From: Pseudovirgaria hyperparasitica
Lineage: Eukaryota
Assembly: GCA_010093815.1 (NCBI GenBank)
Contig: ML996573.1
Length of the DNA: 64,000 bases
Strand: one strand, 5' to 3'
The notes under the pieces are model-generated. The model was given only the letters and a program-made list of their open reading frames with translations. It was not told the origin of the DNA and did no database searches. The stretch's first letter is position 1. Every line of letters begins with the position of its first letter. The position numbers were made by a program, and so were the translations under genes. Positions 38,838 through 54,018 of the stretch are shown in pieces.

Positions 38838-40108
38838 GGATCAAGAGGATGAATTGGTTTACACGAGCTGGTGCGAGACGCTGTAAGGCTTTAGTAGACA
38901 TTGGCTAAATATAATAGCTGTGTCTCTAGAACCATTAACTGTCCAGTCACAGATATGTCGACACTCTTGCAAAAGTTTACACATGTCGTCGTGACAGGAC
39001 AATGTTTTCAGTACCCTCCTTGTGTATGAAGCCAGTGATTCATTGCAATGTGGCCATTGCTCAGGCAATCTTTCTCACTATCGGTTGTAACCCTGTCACC
39101 AGCGATCGCACTAGCATCATGAAACCCTCTGTTGGGAGTTTACAGATCCGAAGTACGTGGGACAGGTAAGAGTCTACTCTACAAGCATACACACGCCCAT
39201 GTTGGGATAGACTTTTTTCCACAATAAGATGTTTTCATTCAGGTATTCCAGTTCTCAAACGTATGTATCAGATCATCATCCTGGCTAACCCCTATCCTCG
39301 TCTATATTATATGGTATATCTGCCGATAAGAATAGAATTATTGATATATTCGTAAACTTTTCTATCGGTAAGGGTATTAAAGTAGCTTCATCGGCTCATC
39401 TTAGTAATAACCTAACTTCCAAACTCAACAACTCATTCTACATGAGCCGTACGAGCAACTAACAAATCCCTGGCTTTACTGCCATCGAAGACATCGCAAT
39501 TCTAGTGGTAAAGATGTAGTGCCAGTTCTAGTATAGTTCCACATCGCCAACAAGTGCTTGTATGACTTGAACACTACCACGATTTCCCCCTTTTTTTCTC
39601 ACTAAATAGTGTGCTGATTTTGGAGAAGACTGCACTGTAGTGCTGAATATCCATTTTAGGAAGCCGAAGAAGAAGCAAAGACATTCTAGCGTACGTACAA
39701 TTTCTTAAAGTCAATACGAGAGTTGCTAACTTTTGCTTTACAGAACGTAAACCTAGCTTGTGGAGTTTTTGAGATGGTATGAATGCAGCCCAGGGTGCCA
39801 GACATCCGATCTCGAGTACGAATATTAGATGTCATTCAAAAATGTCAAGCGCGCGGTTCCAATAGAAGGATGCGGTATCTATAACAAAAATCTGGAAGAT
39901 AAGCCTGAAAAGGCTGCAGGAGATGTTACCTAAACGAATGGATTTCAGCTTCAAGTACACATTGTGAAAATCGGTAGTGTTTCAAGGAAACGTATGATCA
40001 CCTGAACGTTCATTATTACCGCAAACATACGGTTTCACATAAATCACTCCATCTTACGTGGACACAGTATATTGTGATTATTCGATTTACCCCTTTTTCC
40101 TCACACTG

Positions 40109-40857
40109 TTACGCAGTCACCTTAGTCTTGATGAAAGCCAATGCCTGGCTCCCATACTTTGTAACGTAGCCCTGGTGCGTAGCAGCATCATTTCCAGTAC
40201 AGCAGTACGGGTCCGGAGCATCACAGTAGCTCTTGAGCTTCGCCGCAGACACACACGTGAATCCAACCGGCCGAGCAGCGAACCCTTGCGCTGCACACGT
40301 CCCAACATTATACGACAAGCCATGCACATATCTCGGATCACCCATGAAGATCGCCGCCTTCACCGCGTTCAATGCATTGCCCGAGAGCTGCGCACTGCCA
40401 CCACCACAGATCGCATTGTCCATGATTTGGCCGCCCTGTACTCACTTTGTTAAGCTTATGCCCGCATGCCAGGATACACTTGGTGTCTTCATGCGTTGTT
40501 GGATGAACTTACTTGGCTGTAGCCAACCAAAACTAACTGAGTGCTTGGACACTTCGCATTGAAGTCGTTGACCGCTTTCACTACTGCCGTCGTGCCCTGG
40601 CTTTGGCTACTGTCGTAGCTGACGCCGCCACAGCTGGCCTGGCCGCCGCACGCTGGGTACACGATCGCTTCGGCGGTAGACCCTGAGTAGGAGGCGAGGA
40701 CTTGGTTCACTAGACCTCCAGCAGTCCCATAGCCGGCAGAGGCGGTCGTTTCACGAGCGCCGAAAACATGTACCTTCGGGCAAGATTGGCGAGGCTCAAC
40801 AGGATTGGCGTTAGCAAGGATGGCGAGAAGGCTGAAAGATGCAAGAATGGACTTCAT
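40109..40857 (-). CDS. Secreted acetylxylan esterase, CE5 (cutinase fold), no CBM1
   Basis: Signal peptide; CPKVHVFGARETT, IVYPACGGQ, LVLVGYSQ|GGQI across the single intron, MGDPR, SYCDAPDPYCC, THQGY. Confidence 0.95.
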
Positions 40858-42463
<1,606 letters not shown>

Positions 42464-42954
42464 GGGTGCTCTTGGCTTGCTGAGCCTACGTCAGTCTTTT
42501 ATGTGTAGGGGCAACATATGTACATACGGGCTAAATGCTGAGCAACGCTTGGAGTCGTGGAAGGGAGAGGATGCAGGTAGCTAGCAAACGACAATATGTC
42601 ATGAGCTATCAAGTTTAAAGTTGGGGTGTGCTATTTTTTCTCCGTGGATAGTGATTCTTGCAGGTTGAGTGGACATAACAATGCAGCAACAAATGATTTG
42701 TGTATGCGCTGCGGTAATGTTCGAGCGTTGGGGGTTGCTAAAGCTGTCATTTGCCATTTGTTCGGTGTTCCTGTTTAAGGTTGACGTGCTTCATGATCCA
42801 TTGGAGCGCACGTGTGGTTTGATGATAGCAAAATCTGCCAGTGTAGAGGCCTAACGGCATCGAGATGAGAGTGTGGGTGTATCTACAAATCTATCGCAAT
42901 TAGTAAGTATGTACAGATAAATCTCTTAGGTATGATAGCGCAGCAAGCCGCAGG

Positions 42955-43966
42955 TCATGCAGGCAGTCCGCGCATAACACCTTCAAATGCTAGTAGTGCT
43001 ATGGCGTTCGCTGGAAATGCACGCAGGAAGCAAGGCAGGAACCCTCTCCAGTAACCTCGCCAGCCATTCTCTCTGTATATCGTTCGCGCCGCATCACGCC
43101 ACCTTGGAAACCTTCGCTCTGGACCCAAGGGATCAGTCATGATCCGTTGCTTAACAACATCTGATGGATAGCTCGTCAGCCAGAATATTTGTGCCGATAG
43201 ACCTCCAGCCCAGAAATTGACGGCCGGTGTAGATATATTTGTTTTCTCGCTCAAGAGGCTCGAGAATATGTCGTAAGACCCCCACCAGAAGAAAAAGAAC
43301 GAACGAAACAACAATGTAGCAAAAAGGCCGTGGTACAAGCCACTGATACCATGTCCCTTCAGGATCTTCTTGGCGCAATCAATTGGCCCACTGTAGAGTC
43401 GTTGCGACTTGTCGGCTGCGTACTGAATCTGCAAGCGTGCTTTTATGTGCTCAACAGGCGCAGCGATGAAGCTTACTGTGGCTCCTGCCATTATACCTGC
43501 GACGCCATGGCCGACAGGTGGAAGTTTGTTGTCTATGGTTCGGAGGGTTGGGGTCGTGAAGACGCGCTCGAGAAGTTCGCGGCGATACACGGTCAAGGAG
43601 CCAAGCATTAGAGAGTCCATGAACATCCATCCAACCAACGGGGGAGTTGCGCCTTTGTAAAGACCTCGTACCCCTTCATTGCGGACGGTCTGCAGAACGC
43701 AGTCGAGCGGACCCTGAAACTGAGACTTCCCGGTAGTCTGCAAGCGAACTTTGACGGTATCGAAGGGATGGCCAACTATAGGAATTTAGCAAAGGGAGTG
43801 CTTTCGATAGCTACAGCTTCAACATACCTGACAACTTTGCTATCCCAGAGAAGACGCCAGCAACAAAACCCTTGTAGTTCTTATTGCTACTTGCAGTAGT
43901 CTCTAGATTTGCAGGAGAAGCAGAGGTGGCGCCGTGGGATTTTGAGTCCCTCACCGTCGAAGACAT
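42955..43966 (-). CDS. Mitochondrial carrier (SLC25), carnitine/ornithine-carrier-like
   Basis: Three PxD/ExxKxR signatures (HPFDTVKVRLQ, APVEHIKARLQ, YPSDVVKQRIM); NYKGFVAGVFSG; LRAFPANA; one intron. Confidence 0.92.
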
Positions 43967-44348
43967 GTGGACTTAGTTTGACGACGGAAAGACAGCGAGC
44001 GAGGCATGCCGTCTGTATATAGGGTGGTGTTGTTGAGGAGATTGGTCTACAAAATATGTATGACCGCAAGAGAAGAGTGGTGATGCCAGCGATAAACTTA
44101 GGCCGGGATCGGCGGTTGTTTGCCTTAACACCGAGATTATTCAGCCTCAGCCTTCGCGATCGGCCCGCTCCACTGCTTGACATTGACTGCATCATCGCTT
44201 TCACTGCTAGGTGGTTTGCAGGCCCTTCAACTTGTATTGTGTCTTTTTCGTGGATGCCAGGAAAAACTTGAAACATCTTCGTTTCATTCAGTATTTCCTG
44301 TAATAATCCCTCCAAAGGTTCTGCACCACTCTATCCTCTACCAGCATC

Positions 44349-45409
44349 ATGGCTGCACAGGAAACATTGGATGCTGTCAATCCCAATCCAGAAAGAGTCG
44401 TCGCATCTAAAAAAGGTGCTTCGCCATTGGTCAGCCTTACCCTCACTGCTAACATACAGCAGTATGGACGACTCTGATCACAAATACGAAATATCTTTCT
44501 GGGCTTCTTGCCCTGGATTTTTCGTTGAAGAAACATAAGTCGGCCTACCCTCTCGTTGCTCTGTACACAGATGAGTTCCCAGAAGAGGGTCATCGAGCCC
44601 TGGACGTCCGAGGAATTCCAAAGAAGCATGTCACGTATCTACTGCCGTCGGCCACAAAAAGTTATGACAACGATCCACGTTTTTACGACTGCTGGAGTAA
44701 GCTCACGCCGTTCTCGTTGGTGGAGTATGAGCGTATCGTGCAACTCGACAGCGATATGCTCATCCTCCGCAATATGGATGAATTGATGGAGCTGGAGCTT
44801 GACCCTCCGAGCGCAAAGGGGACTGGAAACCGAGTATTTGCAGCAGCACATGCATGTGTTTGCAATCCTCTCAAAAAGCCACACTACCCAAAGGACTGGT
44901 ACGTGTGAACGTGTCAAACCAATCCTCTTCAGCTAATTCGAGTCACCAGGATACCAGAGAATTGCGCCTATACCGCCCAGCATGGGACGCCGGAGAAGGC
45001 GCAGGTCGAAGGAACATCGTCCTTAGGTGGTTTAGGCATGCCCAACGGAGGGCTTCAAGTCGTGAATCCCTCGGGTGATATCTATCAACTTATCCTCGAT
45101 CAATTGACAAAGGACTCTGCTACAGCAAGCTACGAATTTGCTGATCAGTCGCTCCTAGGAGATGTGTTTCACGGCCGATGGGTGTCACTACCGTACATCT
45201 ACAATGCTCTTCGCCCAACTCGCAAAGCGCACGTCCATGGTGCAATTTGGCGAGATGAAAGCGTGAAAAACTTGCATTACCTCCTCACTCCCAAGCCTTG
45301 GGATGAGAAGCCAGGAGAGGAAACGGATGAAACGAACGAGTGGTGGTGGGCCGTCAATTCGGAGCGTCTGAGGATCGAGAAGGATGCAGGGATCGATGAT
45401 GGCTTTTGA
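44349..45409 (+). CDS. GT8 glycosyltransferase (glycogenin/galactinol-synthase-like)
   Basis: VWTTLITNTKYLSG, CWSKL, LDSDM (DxD), HACVCNP, PNGGL, FADQSLL, LPYIYNAL, HYLLTPKPW; two introns. Confidence 0.9.
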
Positions 45410-46067
45410 GGCTGTTATCTCAAACATTGTGAGAGAGCGAGGCGTTGGTGGTGGTGGTGGTGCAGGTTGACGTTGCGGTGTTGCGTGGCTGCATGTAGTC
45501 GAATACACGACAGGGCAGGGTCCCGTATAGGTAGGGAAATGCTTGGCAGGGGTTTCGAATGCTACGAACCACCGAACATGAACAAATCCGCCAGCTTACC
45601 ATATACTTTACCACCCTGAATGAACATATGATGACTGTATCTCAGCTTCTAAATAACCTGTACATATATGAATCTCCTGTTTTCAAGGCTTGGTTAATTC
45701 GCAGATCAAACGGCAGTGGCTCCGAGGTGGCCGCGCTAGTGTCGCCCCTGCCCCTATCGCAAATGATTAAACCCGTTGCCCATGTCGTCCCTCCACCACC
45801 AATTTACTATCCGTACTAATCAAATCTCCTGTCCCACACTTGCGCACCGCTTCAAAATCATCCTCTCTTCTTGTTTACTCGCACTCTGTTCTCCATCTGC
45901 TTCTCGTGTGCGCTGCGCCATTCTCGAATCACCTCGCCCTATCAATCACCCTTGTCGCGTCGTTAAATCTCAGACCGCATCCTAGCTCCAACAACCGACA
46001 ACTCCCCCCACCTCGAACCTCCTACAATCATCATCCGCCCAATACAATCGCCTAGAAATCATTCAAG

Positions 46068-46907
46068 ATGGGTGGACAAATCTCGAAGATGATGAACAAG
46101 ATCTTCGGATCGAAGGAAATGCGTCTCTTGATGTTGGGGCTTGATGCCGCCGGCAAGACCAGTAAGAAGCTCGATAGGACTGCGCGCATGCGTTGAGGTC
46201 GGTATTGATTGTCATGCAGCAATTCTCTACAAGCTCAAGCTTGATCAAGACGTCACCACAATTCCCACCGTTGGCTTCAACGTCGAAACTGTCACCTACA
46301 AGAACACCAAGTTCAATGTCTGGGATGTCGGTGGTCAAGATAAGATTAGGCCTCTATGGAGACACTATTTCTCTGGTATGCGGGAAAGCATCCAGCCTGG
46401 AACGGGTATAGACTCAGCCTGAGATACACATTCTCCTGGTGCTAGTCGAGCCCTACCAGTGCTGGTCTGAAAATGAGGCCAATGCTAACATGAACCTGAT
46501 AGGCACTCAAGGTCTAATCTTCGTGATCGACTCCAACGACCGCGATCGCATCGAAGAAGCTAAGACTGAACTCACGAGAATCATACAAGACCGTGAAATG
46601 AAAGATGCCCTACTATTGGTATTCGCAAACAAGCAGGACATTTCTGGAGGTATGGTATATCCCGCAGTGTAGATTATCATAGTACTGATCTGGTGACAAC
46701 AGCCATGAGCCCCAAGGAAGTCTCAGACAAACTACAACTTGATCGCGTCGCCAAGGACCACGTCTGGAAGGTCGAGCCGAGCTGTGCGACCACTGGCGAA
46801 GGCATCTTCGAGGGCCTTGTAAGCATCACTCTAAAGTCCTCAACAAACCCACGTTCTAACACCACCAGGCATGGCTCTCGAACAACGTCAAACTCCCACC
46901 GAAATAG
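46068..46907 (+). CDS. ARF6: ADP-ribosylation factor 6
   Basis: MG myristoylation start; [59 protein letters not shown]; four introns. Confidence 0.93.
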
Positions 46908-47489
46908 ACGCACCTCTACGATCACAACGACGATTCAATGCTACGAGTTTCTTGCATATACCCTTGCTTCTCACATTGGCACCCCTTCAGACCTTGTCTT
47001 CATACCTAATTTTCTGCCGTAATTGCACGGCTTCTTTCTCTGGGAGAAGAGAAGCATTGACAAATAATTCTCTTATAATTATGAGGCGACACTCGGCACT
47101 GTTTCGTTCCATCTAGCAGCAATTCATTCAAGAGGTGGAACTGTATTAGTAAAGCGGCATCATGAGGAGTTGATGACTTGGCTTGCATGGCGTCGGAGAT
47201 ACTTCTCCGCCTTCAGCGAGGTCAGGTGTAATGCTCAGACGAGCGGAGGGAGAATGTTGTACTACAATCATAATGCCTAGAAATGAGGAATAGATCCCTG
47301 GAATCATATCCGCTCTTGCAGACACAGGTGCCCGGATTCTTCACATTATCCACCATCCAGGATACACCTAATTTTATCATGAACAACGTTGTGGTGGAGT
47401 ATTGTGATTTGACGCATCAAGCGCCTCTAGGCGAGGGCCTCCATCCTCTTTATGCTATTTACATACTCGCGTAAATTTAACCATGATAT

Positions 47490-49041
47490 TTATAGATTCG
47501 AGATAGACTGTCCATCAAGCTCGCAGAAGGCCTTGAAGGTGACAAAGGATTCACTGTCGCTGCTTTCGAGGATGACTTCGGCGGTTGCTCCGACGAAGTA
47601 GACGTAACCCGGCTTAATCTCCTCTTTCGTCGGCCCAACAGCGATGGTGCCAGTCCCAGACGTGCACAAGATGATACTTGGGCCTTCTATAGGGTCAAAT
47701 GTAGCCTTTGCACCAGATTTCTTCAATTCTGTCCGAACGACGCTGAACTCTTCGATTGGTGGATCGTATAATATTGAGTCTGATTGCGATGAGTAGGCGG
47801 TTGCGTTGAGAGTTACATAGGGAAAGTCCGTTGGTGTCATCTTTTGCTCGGATATTGGTGCATACGAGTACGTCAGCATGGTGGTCAAAGTATCGACGTC
47901 CTTGAACTTTGGTGTGAAGCCTGCTCGCACAACATTGTCTGAGGAGGCCATGCACTCGATAATGTCCCCTGAGAGATAGGCATGAATGTCGTCGGCCTTC
48001 AGAAACATTGCTTCGCCGATCTCGAGCTTGACATAATTTAAAAAGAAGAGAACGAAAAGGCCAATATCATCCGCAAACTGAGAGTTTAATCTTTGGACTA
48101 GATCGGCAAGCTCTTGGCCATCGTTGGAGGGGCCACCTTCTCCGGCGAATTTCGAGCCTTCCGACTTGGCTGCTTCTTGCAATTCCTTATTTGCCGAGGT
48201 GATGGCATCTTGACTCGCATTCATCAATGCGGTGAAGGCCGCTTGTAGAGCTTCTTTGTTGGCCTTGATATCAGATTCGTTGTCTGAGGTCTCCTTTCCT
48301 TTCACTGTGCTCTCGAAATTCGTGGCCTTCTCCTCGCCGACCAACTTACGTAAAGCAGGAACATTGGTCAAGAAATGTGTGATCTCCGCCAAAGGTCTAA
48401 ATCCGCACAAGCCGTCGAATGGAGTTACAGCTATCGTCATTTCGGGTTTGTGGTTGTCATCTGGGAGCAATCAGCACTGTTAAGACGTTGGGTCAATGAA
48501 ACCTACCAGGATAATTCTTGGAGTCTGTTTCATGTAGTTTCTCTGCAAGCTTCTTGTTTGGATGTGCTTGTATACTCAACGCCTTGTTGATAGAGAGTAC
48601 CTTGAATAGGAAAGGTAGCTTGTCTTGGTATTTCTCGCTGATACTAATGGACATAAGAGCCTTATTTTCTTGAACTAAATCGAGGAGAGATCGTTGCGTA
48701 TCGAGGGATTTCGAGGGATTTGAAGGATGTGTTCCCATCCATAACTGTTATATGTAAGTTTCTATGTACTGAAGAATGGCGGGGCTTTTGTGCCTCGGCG
48801 TATGGCTTATCATCTTTGACAGAGAAATCGCTGGAAGGCGTCGCTGCGGCAAACCTAGCAGCAGCAGAATCCTTTCCAATCTTCCCTGTATAGCTTTCAG
48901 CATAGTCTATGCGATTGGGAACAAGAGCTACAAACCCCACTCATAGCTATTGACGCCTGTGCAAGGTTAGCCATTGAAAGGTCCAATTATGCTCCTGGAC
49001 TTACCACATTGCAGTCGAATGAGAGGTACAGGAAGAGGCAT
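47490..49041 (-). CDS. PMI40: Mannose-6-phosphate isomerase, type I
   Basis: [85 protein letters not shown]; four introns, one GC-AG. Confidence 0.96.
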
Positions 49042-49385
49042 GACGAAGGGCTTGATGATTGCTCAGGGCGTTAGGTACAAGGAGAGAAGGAAGTTGAAGT
49101 TCATATGATCTATGGATACTACTACATAGTGGGGCAGTGTCATTCAAGGAACTTCCCCGCCACGCCACAGATCCCTGCAGCTGTGGCGGTGCACCCAAGA
49201 TTCATCCGTTTCGGGCTTTAGCTGTCGCCATCATCGCTATCCACGACTCGACGTCAGATCTCAATACGTGACCTTCCAAACAACGACTCAACCAATCATA
49301 CACACATATCCGACTCACAGTCGGACTGTACGATCCAAAGTCTTGCTTTGGGCTTTATATTCCAGTGTTGGTCATCTCAATCACG

Positions 49386-50934
49386 ATGGCGGCGCGTAGC
49401 CGACCGCGCGCGGGCCAGGCGAAAGACGATGCCGACGAGGAAAGGAGTTTGTGGAATCAGGTTCGAGAAAATGCTAGGAAGGGCGACAGTCTCATGGTAA
49501 GGCCCCCTTCTGATTTGTTTGATTGTCCTCACATGACACAAGGCTGAATCGAATGCCATATCCCGACGCATAGCGAATCTCGCAGAGAAGCAGAGTGCCG
49601 CAGAAGGTACGACATTCAAGATAAACACTGCCCAGGCTTGATCTTTTAGCTCCGCAATTCAGACCCATATGCTTGTTGGAAGCTATTAACGCTTAGCTAG
49701 AACGTGGCGATATACCATCCTCAAGAACAGACCTTGAGATCACCGACTTACTCCGTCAAAACATATCAATCATCGAGAAGCTCCAGTCCCTCGTTGGTGG
49801 TGATGATTCTGATCCATCTGATGACCTTCCAATCCTGAACTCACTTTCTATCCTCGCAGCTCTACGTGGTGCAAACGAGCTCGATGCCCCACCCATGAAA
49901 GTATCTACTTCAAGCTCTGGCAAGGCCGGGCGTGACCGCATCAAACGTGCCAAACATGAGCACTCAGCGAGCGATGACCGTGACAGTCTTGCTGCTGACT
50001 CACCGGGTGGTCCAAGTCCGAAAGTAATCATTACCCACAAAGGGGATAGATTCAAGGGAGGGAGCAGTCGGGCGGGAAGTGTGCCTGTAGTGCGCGAGCC
50101 AAGCGTGAAGACGGAAGATATAGACGAGCGTGAAAGCTTGAAAGGTACGCGGGCCCGATCTTCTTCATCACTGAGTAGTGTGCCGGAGTCGTTGAAGGAA
50201 CGCAGTCACTGAGTGAAATCTCCACGTGACCGGATCCGTCGACGACACGGTACAGCAAAAGATCTTTCGTATGTTGATTCACTTGTAAACATCACGGCAT
50301 CTAGCGTGGAGCTCTTGGCGTCTTCGGGAGATTTGTTCCTTCAAATACCTTTCTACCTCATGCAATGCGTGAGGGCTTCATTTCATACCTCTCCTTATGC
50401 TTTCACTCTCCTTCCATCTCGTCAATGTGTTCCAAATTATCACATTCTTACCATCTTCTCCTCTATATGATACTTACCGCTACAGCAACGACACCTAGCA
50501 CACCCACACTCTCATCTGGCTCTCTCGATGCACCACGTCCTAAGCTTCACCGCGGTACCGAGGTATTCTACCGCAACAAGGCGAAAGCCGTTGAAGGCGA
50601 AGGCATACTATGCAGTGTCACTGCTGTGATAGGCGATGGTAAGCAGCGACGGTACGAGATCATCGACGCAGACCCGGAACCTCCGACACCTCCGCAACCA
50701 TATAGGGCGTCTGTGAACCACCTCGTGCCGATACAGCCCGACAATAAAGGACTCGGGAAGCTGGGTGCTGGAGCAGCAGTGCTTGCACTGTACCCACAGA
50801 CAACAACTTTCTATAAAGCTGAGGTAGTGAGCATGGAAGGGGAGGTTGTGACGTTGAAGTTTGAGGGCGAGGAGGAGAAAGATCGCGAGATGGCTGTGGA
50901 AAGGAGGTATGTATTACCAGATACCGGAAAGTAA
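49386..50934 (+). CDS. SGF29: SAGA complex subunit Sgf29 (tandem Tudor)
   Basis: GEGILCSV, RYEIIDADP, VLALYPQTTTFYKAEV, LKFEGEEE...VERRYVL; three introns. Confidence 0.9.
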
Positions 50935-52348
50935 ATTTTGCATATTTAGCTTATATCGAATATTCGATGCATTCTTATATCTTTTCTTCATGTTCTCTTC
51001 TTTTGGAACGGCGTCCTGATCACCCAAGTCCTCTCCTCTCTATCATTCAAACAAATCAACGAGCACATTGCCCATCGCATAACCACTACACGTCCCACTA
51101 TACGCCCATCCAAACGAACGAACGAGTTAACACAACTTCAACGTCCAACATCTATTCCCTTCTTCATGCGGCCAAACCAAGTCTGCCATCGCATACGTCG
51201 CGTAGCTCGAGAACAAATTCATCACGAACTCATTCCATACCAAGAAATTTGGCATGCTGACCGCAGAGACACAACTCGCTGCCTTGACATCCAACCCTAT
51301 TTGAACCCATACTGCCCCTCTATAATCGTTTCCCAAGCGACATGCTTACTCTGTAGAAACGCGCACGTAGAAGATAACCCTCGCAACGAAACGCGTGTAC
51401 ATGCATCCACCCAGCTCGCAACGCGCAACTTCCCTCTCAAACACTCATACGCCAAACTGTCGACGTTTAGTTTGACATAGAAGATCGACGCAGCAAATAC
51501 ATAGGACCAACATCAGACTACAGAGAGACCGCACTACATGTCTAGCTCAGCGCGATCTAGCCCGTCAATAAATCGCCCTCCAGTCTTGCTTATTGCGAAC
51601 ACAAACGGGATGGAAACTACATGGAAGAACTCAGGGTAGCTGTAATACATAATATATTGGCACATACGGGCCTTAATGCTTTATTGGCATTTTCAAACGA
51701 CTAGGATTAGCCGATACCTCACTGCAAGCCTTCGGGACCATATCGAGCTAGAGCAAAAGGGGAGAGGGAGAAATCAGGAGTATTCGCGTAGCACAATATC
51801 GGCATTCAACAAGAACCAGAACTTAGCGCTCAGGAGTGGAGTGGAACAGGCTGGAGCTAGAGTGGTACTGCGGCAATGTTTGTACATATCGTATGGGAAG
51901 GTCGCAGCTGAGAAATGGGTAGTGAGGGTGGCCTTGTAGTAGTCATATGCTTTACTTCTTCAGGCGTAAGCTCCGGATCATATGTAGTCTGATATGAAAA
52001 CCATGAATAAGTCCAGTGTAGTGTGTGCAGTATCCACAGCACAAAAAACGACGGCAAGCAACGCTGACGCACGCTCTGTTAAACAAATGCCCAGGCGAGA
52101 CTAATACCTGGATTTGACCCAGCTGTATTCACTCACATCGTACGTGAGAACAAGATAATAACAGAAATGTACATGCAATGCAAGTCATGCATCGCTGGGA
52201 ATACGTTTATATTCGTCTGTTGATAGTGTAAACAACTGTCGCATTAAGACCAAGCGCCGGTCATGTGTAAGCTCGTGAAATCATAACGCCGCCCGATGTG
52301 TTTTTGCGCGCAGAACAAAACACACGAGGGTAAACCTAGATAATACAT

Positions 52349-53514
52349 TTATTCGTCATAATGGTAGACCTGCGACTTCCGTTAGATCGGACATTCGAAA
52401 TGTATGTTGACGAACTTACGAAATAATTCGGCAAGCCCCAGGACTTCCAGCCTAGTCGGGCGGCCATCTTGGCGAAGCCTTCCGTTTCAATGAGATGGTA
52501 GAATGCGAAGGGCGGGAACATTGCTCCATCACGATGCACGTCGGCCTTGACGAGCAATGCTGTCCCACCAACACCGTCAAGCTGCATCACCATGTCTTTA
52601 CTTTGCGATTCGTCATTGAGCTTCGCCATTAGAGTTCGATATGTGGGCATTTCGGCGTATCCTTCCAGTAGAATATCGTAATTCGCCATTTTTGATCCCA
52701 TCTCCTGTGCGACTTCGCTGTCTACCCAGTTGTTGTAATCATACGGCCGCACCTCCCACGTACCCAGGTCTTTGTCAAAATGTCGTTGGAAGCAATTAGG
52801 CACTATGATTGGTTTGTCGTGTCGCGCGAGGTCTTGGATGAGGTCCGGAGGAGTCTCTATGATATCGGCATCCAGCCAGAGAACCCAGGACGTGGATGGT
52901 CCTAGCGTTGTGAAAAGTAGTGAATTCCGCGCTTTCGCCATAGCGGCTCTTCTCGCCTTCTGGTTCTCCATCTTGTGTCGCTCAGTTTCGACCTGCGACA
53001 CTGGGCTCTCTGTGTCTTGTCGCAAGATCGTGATACTAGCGAATCTTTTCTTTTGGGGACCTGCCTGTGTCTTTGCGACCTGAGCTTGTAAAGCTGCTGT
53101 CGCCGCGTTACCATCCTTTCCTTTCGGTATGATAAACCCCAGCGATATTAGGTCATGAGGATAGCTCAGTTTCAATAGATTTTCCCAGTACTCTTGATAG
53201 AACTTTGCAAGTGGTGTAAGTATTAACACTGTCTCCCGGTTCTTTAGTGGGTCGGTCGATTGTGTTGCATTGTTCATGCGATAATGTACAACGGGTGGAG
53301 GTACTATCGGTCCCTTCGAATTCGATTTGCGAAAGGGTAATGACGGTGGTGAGCGGTCGCTCGTTGCGGTTCCCTGCCTGCCCATAACTTGCTTGGTCGG
53401 TAATGGGGATGTGTCGTCGCCAGAGAATATGAGATAGACTAGTCCGATGAATAGTGTTATAGCGAACACGTACGTGATTGGACTGGTCCGCCGAAACTGC
53501 CGTTGGGTTGGCAT
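52349..53514 (-). CDS. MNN9: Mannan polymerase subunit Mnn9 (Anp1/Van1/Mnn9, GT62)
   Basis: Type II TM anchor; VLILTPL, LSYPHDLISLGF, ARNSLLFTTLGPSTSWVLWLDADI, LDGVGGTALLVKADVHRDGAMFPPFAFYHLIETEGFAKMA; 3' intron gives NYF|VYHYDE*. Confidence 0.93.
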
Positions 53515-54018
53515 GACGAGCCAAACGTGGTGTAGGAGAGATTGAATCGCAAGTAAAATGTGTAACAACGACGCAGCAGCGCTGGTTCACGTTTTATGCT
53601 GATGCATATGGTACTAGTCATACAGAGACGTCTCCAGGATGTGCCTGAAAGTTTAAGGAGTGTATCGCAGTGGGCGGAGACAGCAATTGTGAACCGCGAA
53701 AATGTGGATTTGAAAAAGCCATGTAGCAGTAATACATCGGACCTACGACGCAACACCGAGTTCTTCGGTCATCCATCGCGCTAGCCGGATCTGGATAGAG
53801 GCCTGCTGTCTCTTCCAACGGCGCTTCACTTGATAGGCCAACCAGCATATCACAGTACAGTTGGCAGTGGTAGCTTCCGTAGCCGATTGCTTTAGTAATT
53901 ACTATAGGAATGAGTATCTGGAAGACTTCCAAGACGATGTAGTGCACCAAACAGACTCCTTGGTCTTGACACTATCTCCAATGCGCCACCTTCAATGCCA
54001 CAGCCAACATCTCGATAT

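Noticed and set aside
38840..40100. Possible gene relic between CE16 and CE5
   Set aside because: No sustained frame or recognisable motif.
46376..46510. TPP-riboswitch-like words CTGAGA and TGAACCTGAT in ARF6 intron 2
   Set aside because: Spacing of about 70 nt is too long, the GGATAAT..CC.GCG element is missing, and the gene is unrelated to thiamine.
50940..52340. Possible snoRNA or small gene between SGF29 and MNN9
   Set aside because: One C-box-like GTGATGA on the minus strand, but no paired D box or terminal stem and no convincing ORF.
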